Part shown: in pieces, positions 54,122-64,000 of the stretch
Numbering within the stretch: the first letter of the stretch is position 1
How the letters are laid out: each line of letters begins with the position of its first letter
Origin: Octopus sinensis
Taxonomy: Eukaryota
DNA: 64,000 bases
Direction of reading: 5' to 3'
Assembly (NCBI RefSeq): GCF_006345805.1
Contig: NC_043000.1
Location: 4,836,001-4,900,000, forward strand
Position numbers and translations under genes: made by a program
The notes under the pieces: generated by a model
Database searches by the model: none
Told to the model about the DNA's origin: nothing
Seen by the model: the letters and a program-made list of their open reading frames with translations, nothing else

Positions 54122-54411
54122 GTGGAGGCGCAATGGCCCAGTGGTTAGGGTAGCGGACTCGCGGTTGTAGGATCGCGGTTTTGATTCTCAGACCGGGCGT
54201 TGTGTGTGTTTATTGAGCGAAAACACCTAAAAGCTCCACGACGCTTCGGCAGGGGGTGGTGATCCCTGCTGTACTCTTTCTCTCACTCTTTCATCTGTTG
54301 GCCTACTCACTTAGCCAGCGGGTTGGCGTCATTCAAAGGCTAAAACAATGTGAACGCATTGTGACCAGCGATGTGTAACAACATCTGATGGTCTGGTCGG
54401 TCACGTGATCA
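54122..54411 (+). mobile_element. tRNA-derived SINE (family-D head, different 3' part)
   Basis: ggaggcgcaatggcccagtggttagggtagcggactcgcgg head matches the revcomp of 62300-62361. Confidence 0.75.
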
Positions 54412-54499
54412 CCTTCTTTCCTGAGCATCCAATAATATTATATTTGTTCCATGTCCTCGCGTTGTTTTGCTTTTTGTGCTTTCATGTTTGGATTAACTT

Positions 54500-54531
<32 letters not shown>

Positions 54532-54710
54532 CGACGGACTTCTTTCAATTTTCGTCTACCAAATTAACTTTTCAATATTAAGTTGAAAACTGAAACATTG
54601 AATGTGGAACATATATATGTTTACTAATTTATATTATTTATTTACATTATTATGTATATGTATATTTTTATATGTATAGGAGTGTGAGTATATGCACTCA
54701 TATGTATATG

Positions 54711-54843
54711 TATATCTCCGAAGAGGCCTTATGATATTTTTGTAAATGTCTCATTTATATCTATATATTGACCTACCATATAAGGCTAATATTGGTAAAA
54801 TGAGACATACTTATCTACATGGCCGAAACAGCTGTAAGATGTA
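54711..54843 (+). ncRNA. type-I hammerhead ribozyme motif with U4C core and long structured loop II
   Basis: TATATCT-CCGAAGA-GGCC...GGCC-GAAA-CAGCTG-TA-AGATGTA; palindromic helix III ACAGCTGT. Confidence 0.65.
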
Positions 54844-54879
54844 ATCTATACTTATATCACGTGATATATATATATACAA

Positions 54880-55105
54880 TCATCATCATCATCATCAAAC
54901 ATCTGCTTTCCATGCTAGCATGGGTTGAATGGTTCGACTGGGTTCCGGGAAGCCAGGAGGCTGCACCAGGCCCCAGTCTGATCTGGCAGTGTTTCTACAG
55001 CTGGATGCCCTTCCTAATGCCAACCACTCCGTGAGCGAAGTGGGTGCTTTTTACGTGCCACTGGCACAGGGTCCAGAGGAGGCTGGCAATGTCCATGATC
55101 GGATT
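54880..55105 (-). mobile_element. RTE 3'UTR-derived element (short)
   Basis: same tail family as 45091. Confidence 0.8.
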
Positions 55106-55420
55106 GCGCAGACAGCTACAAAAACATAAAAAAGCATCACCGATTTCAGCTGTGGCCATCACATCTTTTTAGCTATGTCTAAAAACTACAAGACATGATT
55201 GGTGGTAATTTGAGGATGATTTAGTTCCATTTTCTTAACAGGTCTTGAGTTCAGTCCCACTGCACAGCACCTTGAGCAAGTGTCTTCTACTATAGTCCTA
55301 AGATGACCAAAGCCTGATGAGTGGTAGGTGGAACCTGAGATAGTTGGAAATTGAAAAAAAAGCCTGCCTCTGACCCATGCAAGAATGGAAAAGTAGATGT
55401 TAAAATAATGATGACATATA

Positions 55421-55593
55421 TAGGTGTAGGAGTAGCTGTGTGGTAAGTAGCTTACGAACCACATGGTTCCGGGTTCAGTCGCACTGCGTGGTACCTTGAG
55501 CAAGTGTCTTCTACTATAGCCTCGGGCCAACCAAAGCTTTGTGAGTGGATTTGGTAGACGGAAACTGAAAGAAGCCCGTCGTATATACATACG

Positions 55594-55630
<37 letters not shown>

Positions 55631-55797
55631 ATATGTTTGTGTGTCTGTGTTTGTCCCCCCAACATTGCTTGACAACCGATGCTGTTTACGTCCCTGTAAC
55701 TTAGCAGTTCAGCAAAAGAGAATGATAGCATAAGTACTAGGCTTACAAAGAATAAGTCCGCAGTCAAATGAGTGAAACAAGTAAAGGAATAAAAGAA
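55421..55797 (+). mobile_element. SINE family A
   Basis: head and tail homology to 27135. Confidence 0.85.
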
Positions 55798-56250
55798 CAA
55801 ATAAGCATAACTTTTATCAAAATAATCTGAATGCTAAAGGGTTAACCATCAAATGCCCATCTGAATAAAATAGGGATCAAAGGGGTCCATCGGTAAAAAA
55901 TAGCTGAGAAATACTGGACTTAAACCTTCAAGGTGGTAACCATGCATGGCTGCAATCCAATGACTGGAACAAGCATAAGGTCAAGGGTTAAAGGAAGGTT
56001 GAGCAATCATGCAGAGGTTCTTTTGTTGATTGTTGTTGATGGTGTTTAGCTCAGATAGCCAAGGCTAAGTGAATTTATGATCAAAGGCATTCCAACCATG
56101 ACCACTTCGTTTTTTTTTTTTTGTATGTCAAGGAATACATCATCACATTATCCAATGTGACCTTTTGCCAAGATAGGGTTTGGTTTCATGAAGATTTAGC
56201 TTCTATTTCTAGCAAGTATAAGGAGCTTCCTAGCGGTATTGCTGTGGTGC

Positions 56251-56478
56251 GAGCTGGCAGAAACGTTAGCACGCCGGGCGAAATGCTTTGCGGTATTTCG
56301 TCTGCCGCTACGTTCTGAGTTCAAATTCCGCCGAGGTCAACTTTGTCTTTCATCCTTTCGGGGTCGATTAAATAAGTACCAGTTACGCACTGGGGTCGAT
56401 ATAATCGATTTAATCCGTTTGTCTGTCCTTGTCTGTCCCCTCTGTGTGTAGCCCCTTGTGGACAGTAAAGAAATAGGT
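56251..56478 (+). mobile_element. SINE family B monomer
   Basis: gagctggcagaaacgttagcacgccgggcg head to aaagaaatagg end. Confidence 0.9.
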
Positions 56479-56903
56479 AATGAAGATGGTTTCATGAAGA
56501 TTTGGCTTCTGTTTCTAGCAAGTATAAGGAGCTCCTTGATGGCGTTGCTGCGGCGGTGTTGTTGATGGTGGTAATATTTTCATAACGATAATAATGATGG
56601 TCGCGGTGGTGGTGGTAGTGGTAAAGATCAAAGCACACACAAACAATATATTGAAAATCGAAAGAACAAAAAACCAAGACCGTCTGAGATGTAAAACAAT
56701 CTTTTGAAAAATGACATAAACGAGAGTGAATGGTGCTAAAAAAAATTCGTGTTTACGTTTGTTTCTCGTGTTTATTTACAACGATGAGAGCGAAAAGAGG
56801 CCAGGTTAAAAATGGAAAACGAAGTCGGCGGAAAAAGACGGGAGAAGGATTAGCTGGAAGGAATATCAATCAACAACTCGGTGGCTTGTGGTGTATGTGT
56901 GTT

Positions 56904-56958
<55 letters not shown>

Positions 56959-57138
56959 ATGTCAATGTGTATTCGTGCATATGTCTGTGTATGTGTGTAT
57001 GTATGTGCAAGTGTATGTAAGCATGCATGTATGTGGATGGACGGATGGTGTAAAAATGACAAATTATCAGACGTAGGGGTTTATGCGGTTCGTTTAGCAA
57101 CAGGTACACTCCGATTGTGCAATACAAACACGCATATA

Positions 57139-57225
57139 CAGTAAGCCCTCGACTATCGCGGGTGCTAAGTTCCCCCCCCCCCCACACCGCGATAGGTGAA
57201 AATCCGCGAAGTAGAAACAGTACTG
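57139..57225. mobile_element. pogo/Tigger-like DNA transposon end
   Basis: TA|CAGTAAGCCCTCGACTATCGCGG...CCGCGATAG. Confidence 0.55.
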
Positions 57226-57625
57226 TACTCTTTACTCTCTTTTACTTGTTTCAGTCATTTGACTGCGGCCATGCTGGAGCACCGCCTTTAGTCGAGCAAC
57301 TCGACCCCGGGACTTATTCTTTTTGTAAGCCCAGTGCTTATTCTATCGGTCTCTTTTTGCCGAACCGCTAAGTGACGGGGACGTAAACACACCAGCATCG
57401 GTTATCAAGCAATGCTAGGGGAACAAACACAGACACACAAACACACACACACATATATATATATATACGACAGGTTTCTTTCAGTTTCCGTCTACCAAAT
57501 CCACTCACAAGGCATTGGTCGGCCTGGGGCTATAGCAGAAGACACTTGCCCAAGATGCCACGCAGTGGGACTGAACCCGGAACCATGTGGTTGGTAAGCA
57601 AGCTACTTACCACACAGCCACTCCT
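57226..57625 (-). mobile_element. SINE family A
   Basis: full-length reverse copy. Confidence 0.9.
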
Positions 57626-57799
57626 TTGTATATATTTATTTTATTATAAAGGCAAAACAACACCACAGAGGAATCGAGGTAAGCTTAAATAATAAATTGT
57701 GATATGCCGAGGGACACACACTGAGGGCGAAAACGCTTTGCAACAAACTTCTATAAAACCCTTCTCCATTTTAACAACACAAAAAACTCAACCACAAAA

Positions 57800-59305
57800 G
57801 AAATGTCGGACGATTGTTACCTCTGTTACTTTCCTTTCATCTCCGTCACTATCGGCAATCTCCATCAGCTAATCTCCGTCCACTACATGCTACCCACATC
57901 TCCACTAATCCTAGTCTCACCTCAGATAATCCTAAATCTGCCACCCCATTTTCTCAATTCCTTCGATATTGTTGACTATGCAGCATTTATTCGAAGCTCA
58001 ACAGTGCAAATCTGAAGAAATGGAGTACACATTCTTTAATCGCGACTACCCAAAGCCAGCCGTAGATTCTGCACTTCACCGGGTCAAAGCCATACCATCA
58101 CTCTCCTGTCTTCTACATGCACACAAAATAACTATTTCCTTACTACCCACAAGGGGCTAAACACAGAGGGGACAAACACGGACAGACAAACGGATTTAGT
58201 CGATTACATCGACCCCAGTGAGTAAGTGGTACTTATTTAATCGACCCCGAAAGGATGAAAGGCAAAGTCGACCTTGGCGGAATTTGAACTCAGAACGTAA
58301 CAGCAGACGAAATACGGCTACGCATTTCGCCCACCGTGCTAAGGATTCTGTCAGCTCCCCGCACAAAATATCAGGGTTCCACTGCCATTTATCTTTCAGC
58401 CTCACACTGTAAAAGCACGCTTCTTCGCAACTTCAACGTTCTACTCTTTGATCCTAGAACTATTTTCATCTCTCCTACACCACTATCCCTCACCCCTCTC
58501 TCTAAAAACAAACAAAAAAAAAAGCAAAACGAAAATTCTCTGCACCTTATTTGCCAGAAGTTCCCTAGGACACATTAGTATCCAACCAGGTACTTTGAAG
58601 TGCCTCTCCGAATATGTAACACCTAATTCTACATCAAGTTACTGGACTCTCTCAGTGCGCAGTGCTCCTAGTTCGATGTTTCATGGTGTCACCTTACGTA
58701 GGGATTCAGACCTAGCAGACATTTGCAGATCCAGTCGTAGACGTTGCAGTTGTGACCTCCATCATTGGCGGGTAAATTGGACCCGACTCTACGCTGGGTT
58801 CTTTTCTCCTTCAGGGTATTGATCCAGGTTGCTTCAAAGTTGGAGGTATTAAGAGTTTCTCCTCTGAGCCCTAGTCAGTGCTATTGATACCCGTGTCTTC
58901 GGGTATCAACAGCACTTGCAGGTATTCAAGCTTTTAAGTGTCCTTATAATGGAGCAGCGGGCGGCCTTGGTGCCCGGCACCAGAGCTAAACTGGCTATAG
59001 AAGAGGGTTTTAGGTAAATGAATGTCTTCCTTGCGTACCACATGGCCAACACACTTCAGTATCCCAACGCACTAGTATCCGACTAGGTACTTTCGAGTTC
59101 CTCGCCAAAGATGTAACACTTGACTCTACATCAATAACGTCACAACTATCACCGGATCCCAAACCCCAGTACCCAATACCAAATCACACACAAAACCCTC
59201 AACAGCAAGTCTACCAACATTATATACTGCATCACATGCAAACACTGCAGGACCAAATGTTGGTGAAACAAAAGGCGCAAGGAGACCACATACCAGACGA
59301 TTTTA
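57800..59305 (+). mobile_element. decayed Penelope-like element (RT thumb, Cys-rich linker, GIY-YIG), interrupted by SINE B (58133-58360) and an RTE fragment (58607-59069)
   Basis: KSATPFSQFLR..LCS, FFNRDYPKPAVDSAL, LLRNFNVL, RCNT.LYI, STNIIYCITCKHC...VGETK. Confidence 0.8.
58607..59069 (-). mobile_element. 5'-truncated RTE (BovB-like) insertion with ~34 bp target duplication
   Basis: minus translation VGHVVRKEDIHLPKTLFYSQF...QGRPLLHYKDT; flanks 58573-58606 ~ 59070-59103. Confidence 0.75.
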
Positions 59306-60251
59306 GAATAATCTTACATTTTTGTTTTGCATATAAAATCGAAATACAAGACAAGGTTTTAAAGGAAATACATAATGGCTGTTTAGTATTTAAAATTATA
59401 GCAATACAAAAAAATAAACACAACTATTTGATTTATTAACCAAATGATTAATCAAACAGTCGATTAGTTAGTTGATTAAATAGCTTACCAACTGACGAAT
59501 AATAAAGAAGTGAAATCGAGCCCGTGCGTGTTTTAATGGCACAATAACCCTCCAAAGATACAACAAAAGAAAGTTTTACTGTGAGCTCATAAATCTATTT
59601 AGGTTTTTAAAATAATTTTCTTAATTATTCTACTTTTTAAGTGTAAACTGGGAAAAATATGAAAAGTGTATGAACTACAGAATTTTATTTATTATTATTT
59701 TTTTCATCTAGCTTTTATTTAGGCATTCTTTATTATAATCTACCTGGGTAGCCAACTGTCTTTCAATGAAGAACAAATCACCAACGAAAGTACGATTTAT
59801 ATGCCTCAGCCTCTTAACCCTTCGCCTATCACAAGTGATACACAGAACATATTTTTCTGGTGCCCGTGCATCATATATGACACAAATTCTCAATTTTTTT
59901 CCAACCACCAGAGTAACTCGGTATTTATGAAAGGAAAACTTTATATTACTCAGAACATATGACTAAGTCAATCATTGCTCATTGTTGAATGAAAGTATGA
60001 TTTATGTGCCTAATCTACATAACCCCTTGCCTTGTCCTTGGTGTCCATGTATAACATGATACACATACCCATTTTTTTTTTTTGCAACCGCCAGAGTAAT
60101 TTGAAACTTATGAATACCAAGAACGTATGAAACAAGGTCTCTGAAAGTCTGAAAACAAGTATGGAGTTTGAGAACAAAATTATGAAACGACTATCTTATA
60201 TTTTAAACTTAAACTGATAAAAAAAAAGCGTGAAAAATGTATGAACTACAT

Positions 60252-60407
60252 AGGCGTAGGAGTGGCTGTGTGGTAAGTAGCTTGCTTACCGACCGGTTCA
60301 GTCCCACTGCGTGGCACCTTGGGCAAGTGTCTTCTACTATAGCCTCGAGCCGACCAAAGCCTTGTGAGTGGATTTGGTAAACGGAAACTGAAAGAAGCCC
60401 GTCGTAT

Positions 60408-60450
<43 letters not shown>

Positions 60451-60673
60451 AGTGTGTGTGTGTGTGAATGTTGTGTGTCTGTGTTTGTCCCACTAAACAT
60501 CGCTTGACAACCGATGCTGGTGTGTTTACATCCCCGTAACTAAGCGGTTCGGCAAAAGAGACCGATAGAATAAGTATTAAGCTTACAAAGAATAAGTCCT
60601 GGGGTCGATATGCTCGACTAAAGGCGGTGCTCCAGCATGGCCACAGTCAAATGACTGAAACAAGTAAAAGAGT
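60252..60673 (+). mobile_element. SINE family A
   Basis: full-length copy. Confidence 0.9.
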
Positions 60674-60862
60674 ACAGTAACTTCTTTTCATTTAGGTTTC
60701 ATTCTTGCATTTTTTTTTAATTATAACAATCTGTCTCAGCAGTCTCGGTAAAGAACAAAGTTAAGCCAAGAAGTTAATCATCATTCTTTGAACAAAGGTA
60801 AGGTCTATGTACCTCATTCGCTTAAACCAACTAGCTGCGGATCAATATTGGACCGTGGGTAA

Positions 60863-61075
60863 GGCGGCGAGCTGGCAGAAACGTTAGCACGTCGGGCGAA
60901 TTACTTAGCAGTATTTCGTCTGTCTTTACGTTCTGGGTTCAAATTCTGTCGAGGCTGACTTTGCCTTCCATCCTTTCGGGGGTCGATAAATTAAGTACCA
61001 GTTGCGTACTAGGGTCGATCTAATCGACTGGCCAACTCCCCAAAAATTTCGGGCCTTGTGCCTAGAGTAGAAAAG
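60863..61075 (+). mobile_element. SINE family B variant with ~19 bp TSD
   Basis: aatattggaccgtgggtaa on both sides. Confidence 0.9.
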
Positions 61076-61496
61076 AATATTGGACCGTGGGTAATTCGAT
61101 AACGAGCCGTATAGAGAAGAATAAATTTTCTTAATTTGATTTCTATTTTATTGATTGTTGCAGAGTAATTTTACATTATATAGGTATGCTATAAGTAATA
61201 ATTCAATTATATACTATGCATTTTATTGTTTTTTTATGCACGTGATTCCCCAAGTCCGTGGGAAAATTGTCTTGCATGAATCCAGTTCATGGTGCAAAAA
61301 CGGTTGGGGATATTGACTTAAAGGGTCGTTCTGCAACTGCTGAGCTGGTTAAAGGTTAAAAAAAAGTAATACCCAACGCTAGGGTAGGCCTAGGGCTCAT
61401 CAGTCCAGAAGTTTCCCTATATTTGTTTTTTTTTTAACCAGGTCCATCCTCCAACGCCGGCTTGTCAAGCCTGTTGCGACTTCACCATATTATTTC

Positions 61497-61860
61497 TACC
61501 AACCACATGGTTCCGGGTTCAGTCCCACTGCGAGGCACCTTGGGTAAGTATCTTCTACTATAGCACCGGGCCGACCAAAGCCTTGTGAGTGGATTCGGTA
61601 GACGGAAACTGAAAGAAGCGCGTCGCATATATGTATATGTATATATGTGTGTGTGTCTGTGTTTGTCTCCCCCCACCCCCAACATCGCTTGACAACCGAT
61701 GCTGGTGTTCTACGTCCCCGTAACTAAGCGGTTCGGCAAAAGAAACCGATAGAATAAGTACTAGGCTTACAAAGAATAAGTCGATTTGCTCGACTAAAGG
61801 CGGTGTTCCAGCATGGCCGCAGTCAAATGACTGAAACAAGTAAAAGAATAGAAAGAGAGT
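61497..61860 (+). mobile_element. SINE family A, 5'-truncated
   Basis: homology to 60252 copy. Confidence 0.85.
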
Positions 61861-62002
61861 AGACTAGAACAACGTGAAATTGAGTATTTTTCTCAAGAAC
61901 ACAACGTATCACCCGGTCCAGGAACCGAAACCACAACCATACGATCATGAATTCAACACCCCAACCACTAAGTCATGCGCCCCCACTGGTTACTGGTGTA
62001 AG

Positions 62003-62361
62003 CACTCCGTCGGTTACGACGACGAGGGTTCCGGTTGATCCGATCAACGGAACAGCCTGCTCGTGAAATTAACGTGTAAGTGGCTGAGCACTCCACAGAC
62101 ACGTGTACCCTTAACGCAGTTTTCGGGGATATTCAGCGTGACACAGAGAGTGACAAGGCCGGCCCCTCGAAATACAGGTACAACAGAAACAGGAAGTAAG
62201 AGTGAGAGAATGTTGTGGTGAAAGAGTACAGCAGGGTTCACCACCATCCCCTGCCGGAGCCTCGTGGAGCTTTAGGTGTTTTCGCTCAATAAACACAACG
62301 CCCGGTCTGGGAATCGAAACCGCGAGTCCGCTGCCCTAACCACTGAGCCATTGCGCCTCCA
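62003..62361 (-). mobile_element. SINE family D, young, TSD cactggttactggt
   Basis: tRNA-like head at the right end; CpGs retained. Confidence 0.85.
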
Positions 62362-62833
62362 CTGGTTACTGGTAAGATTAGAAGAAAATGTCCGCGCATG
62401 GACAGGTTAGAGTGAGAACACATGTCATTAGCAATCATGAATTGAAACTGTTGACAGTCTGTAAGTTGCTTTACACTTGAATTTAACACACAGCTAGCGA
62501 AAAATTATTTCCTTTGAATATCTCTTTCAATGAAAGAAACTCTTGTACGATTTCAGTTTGATCCTGAATGACGTCTGAGTATGTGTCTGCTAGAAATTAA
62601 TTATTTTGTTTATATTATATTTCTTTTTCTGTTTTTCTTTTCTTTATTTTTCAAAAATGCTTTCGATCTAATACATTATATTTGGAAATTACACATATTT
62701 TTTTATCTATTCATCTACTTACATTATATTTTTTTGAATAAATTGCTCGAATCTCTTTTTCTAGCTCTATTTATAGCTATGTCTAAAGTCAGTCGGTAAA
62801 ACTTAACAGTAAACCTATCAAATATTCATTTCG

Positions 62834-63038
62834 AATTTTGGCACAAAGCCAGCAGTTCCGGGAAGCAGTTAAGTCAATTACATCGACCTCAGTGCTCGAC
62901 TGGGATTTATTTTATCGACTCCGAAAGGATGGAAGGCAAAGTCAAAACCGATGGCATTTGAACTCAGAACGTAAACACGGACGAAATGCCGCGAAGCAAT
63001 GTACCCGGGGTGCTAACGGTTCTGCCAGCTCGCTGCCT
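62834..63038 (-). mobile_element. SINE family B variant
   Basis: reverse copy homologous to 60863. Confidence 0.8.
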
Positions 63039-63044
63039 TCCTTA

Positions 63045-63250
63045 CCTATCAAATCTTCGCACCCTGTAATTTCAAGGAACCAGTTCTCTTCAAGACGAAT
63101 CAAGGAAGAAAAAGACCGCATAACATCCCAACGGTTCCCGCACGAATTCCTCTTAGAAATTCCAGACGAACCACCTGCACCCGAATATATCGCTGTAAAC
63201 AATAATTCGTTACACAAATGGGTTATGCCGCCCAAAGTATGGTCGTAACA
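63045..63250 (+). mobile_element. CR1/L2-group LINE C-terminal fragment
   Basis: EFLLEIPDEPPAPEY...NNSL resembles the 'FL..IPDEP..PGY...NSL' LINE C-terminus. Confidence 0.55.
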
Positions 63251-63560
63251 TGAAACACGATTAAAAGTCTTCTCCCGTTCGTCATGTCCTGTATAATTCA
63301 GGCCGAAACCGAAGTAGTTTTGTCTTTTATACTCATTGTGTTGCTAGTATTTTGTGGTTCTCTATCATCGTCATCGTCATCGTCATTATCATCACATTTT
63401 CGAGCCAACACTTCGTTGATTCGTTCTCAGTGTGCAATGAAATTCACACATTTCGCATAATTTTCATATCTATTTTAAAAAGCTGAATCATGTGGAGCAT
63501 TAGCAGATCTAGAACACATTTCAGAGTGTGTGTATGTATGTATGTGTGTATATATATATA

Positions 63561-63632
<72 letters not shown>

Positions 63633-64000
63633 CATGCATACGTATATATACATAATGTACACACACACGTGTGTGTATGTGGATACATTGAAAGCCTTGT
63701 CTAGTAATAAAACTCCAGGCTACAAGAACAACTAAGAATTCTGAGGATTCATTTGACTTTAGCGGGCTGTTTAGGAATACAGTTTAAAGTTTTGTATTTT
63801 TATCTCAGCGTCCAGGATTCTTTGCAGAACTGTTACTGCTGATAACTCCGGTAAGACAGTCTCTCCTGCAAACTTTCTCGGCGCTTGTCTAATACAACAC
63901 AGTTTCTTTTAGTGTCTGTGCGAAAGATCTGGTAAGATTGCATTGTGTTATTATAGTACGGGAAAATGAAGTAAACCACCAGAAAATAAAGAAAAAAATT

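Noticed and set aside
61370-61420. CTGATGA with nearby GAAA on the minus strand as a hammerhead
   Set aside because: The spacing leaves no room for helices I and III, and helix II does not close.
62942-63340. Minus-strand ORF with AG|GTAAG donor as a host exon
   Set aside because: Better explained by the plus-strand LINE C-terminal motif next to a SINE.

Overview
AT-rich, repeat-saturated eukaryotic DNA. It is most likely from an octopod cephalopod, inferred from the tRNA-derived SINE families, RTE/CR1 LINEs and dense (TA)n/(GT)n/(GAT)n microsatellites. I find no intact host protein-coding gene: nearly all ORFs in the track come from microsatellites, SINEs or TE fragments. The largest element is a ~3.8 kb hAT (Tip100/ZMYM1-like) transposon at 9413-13182 with a frameshifted transposase. 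It sits with two MITEs inside the internal microsatellite of a SINE. Other contents are two decayed mariners; piggyBac-, Merlin- and mariner-type MITEs; RTE, RTE-X and CR1 LINE fragments; a decayed Penelope-like element (RT + GIY-YIG); several minimal type-I hammerhead ribozyme motifs, two with a CCGANGA core; and head-to-tail SINE concatemers with a fixed junction. Weak splice and promoter signals suggest much of the window is intron of a minus-strand gene (candidate exon 1566-1657, donor at 24060). All family names come from motif recognition, not database searches.
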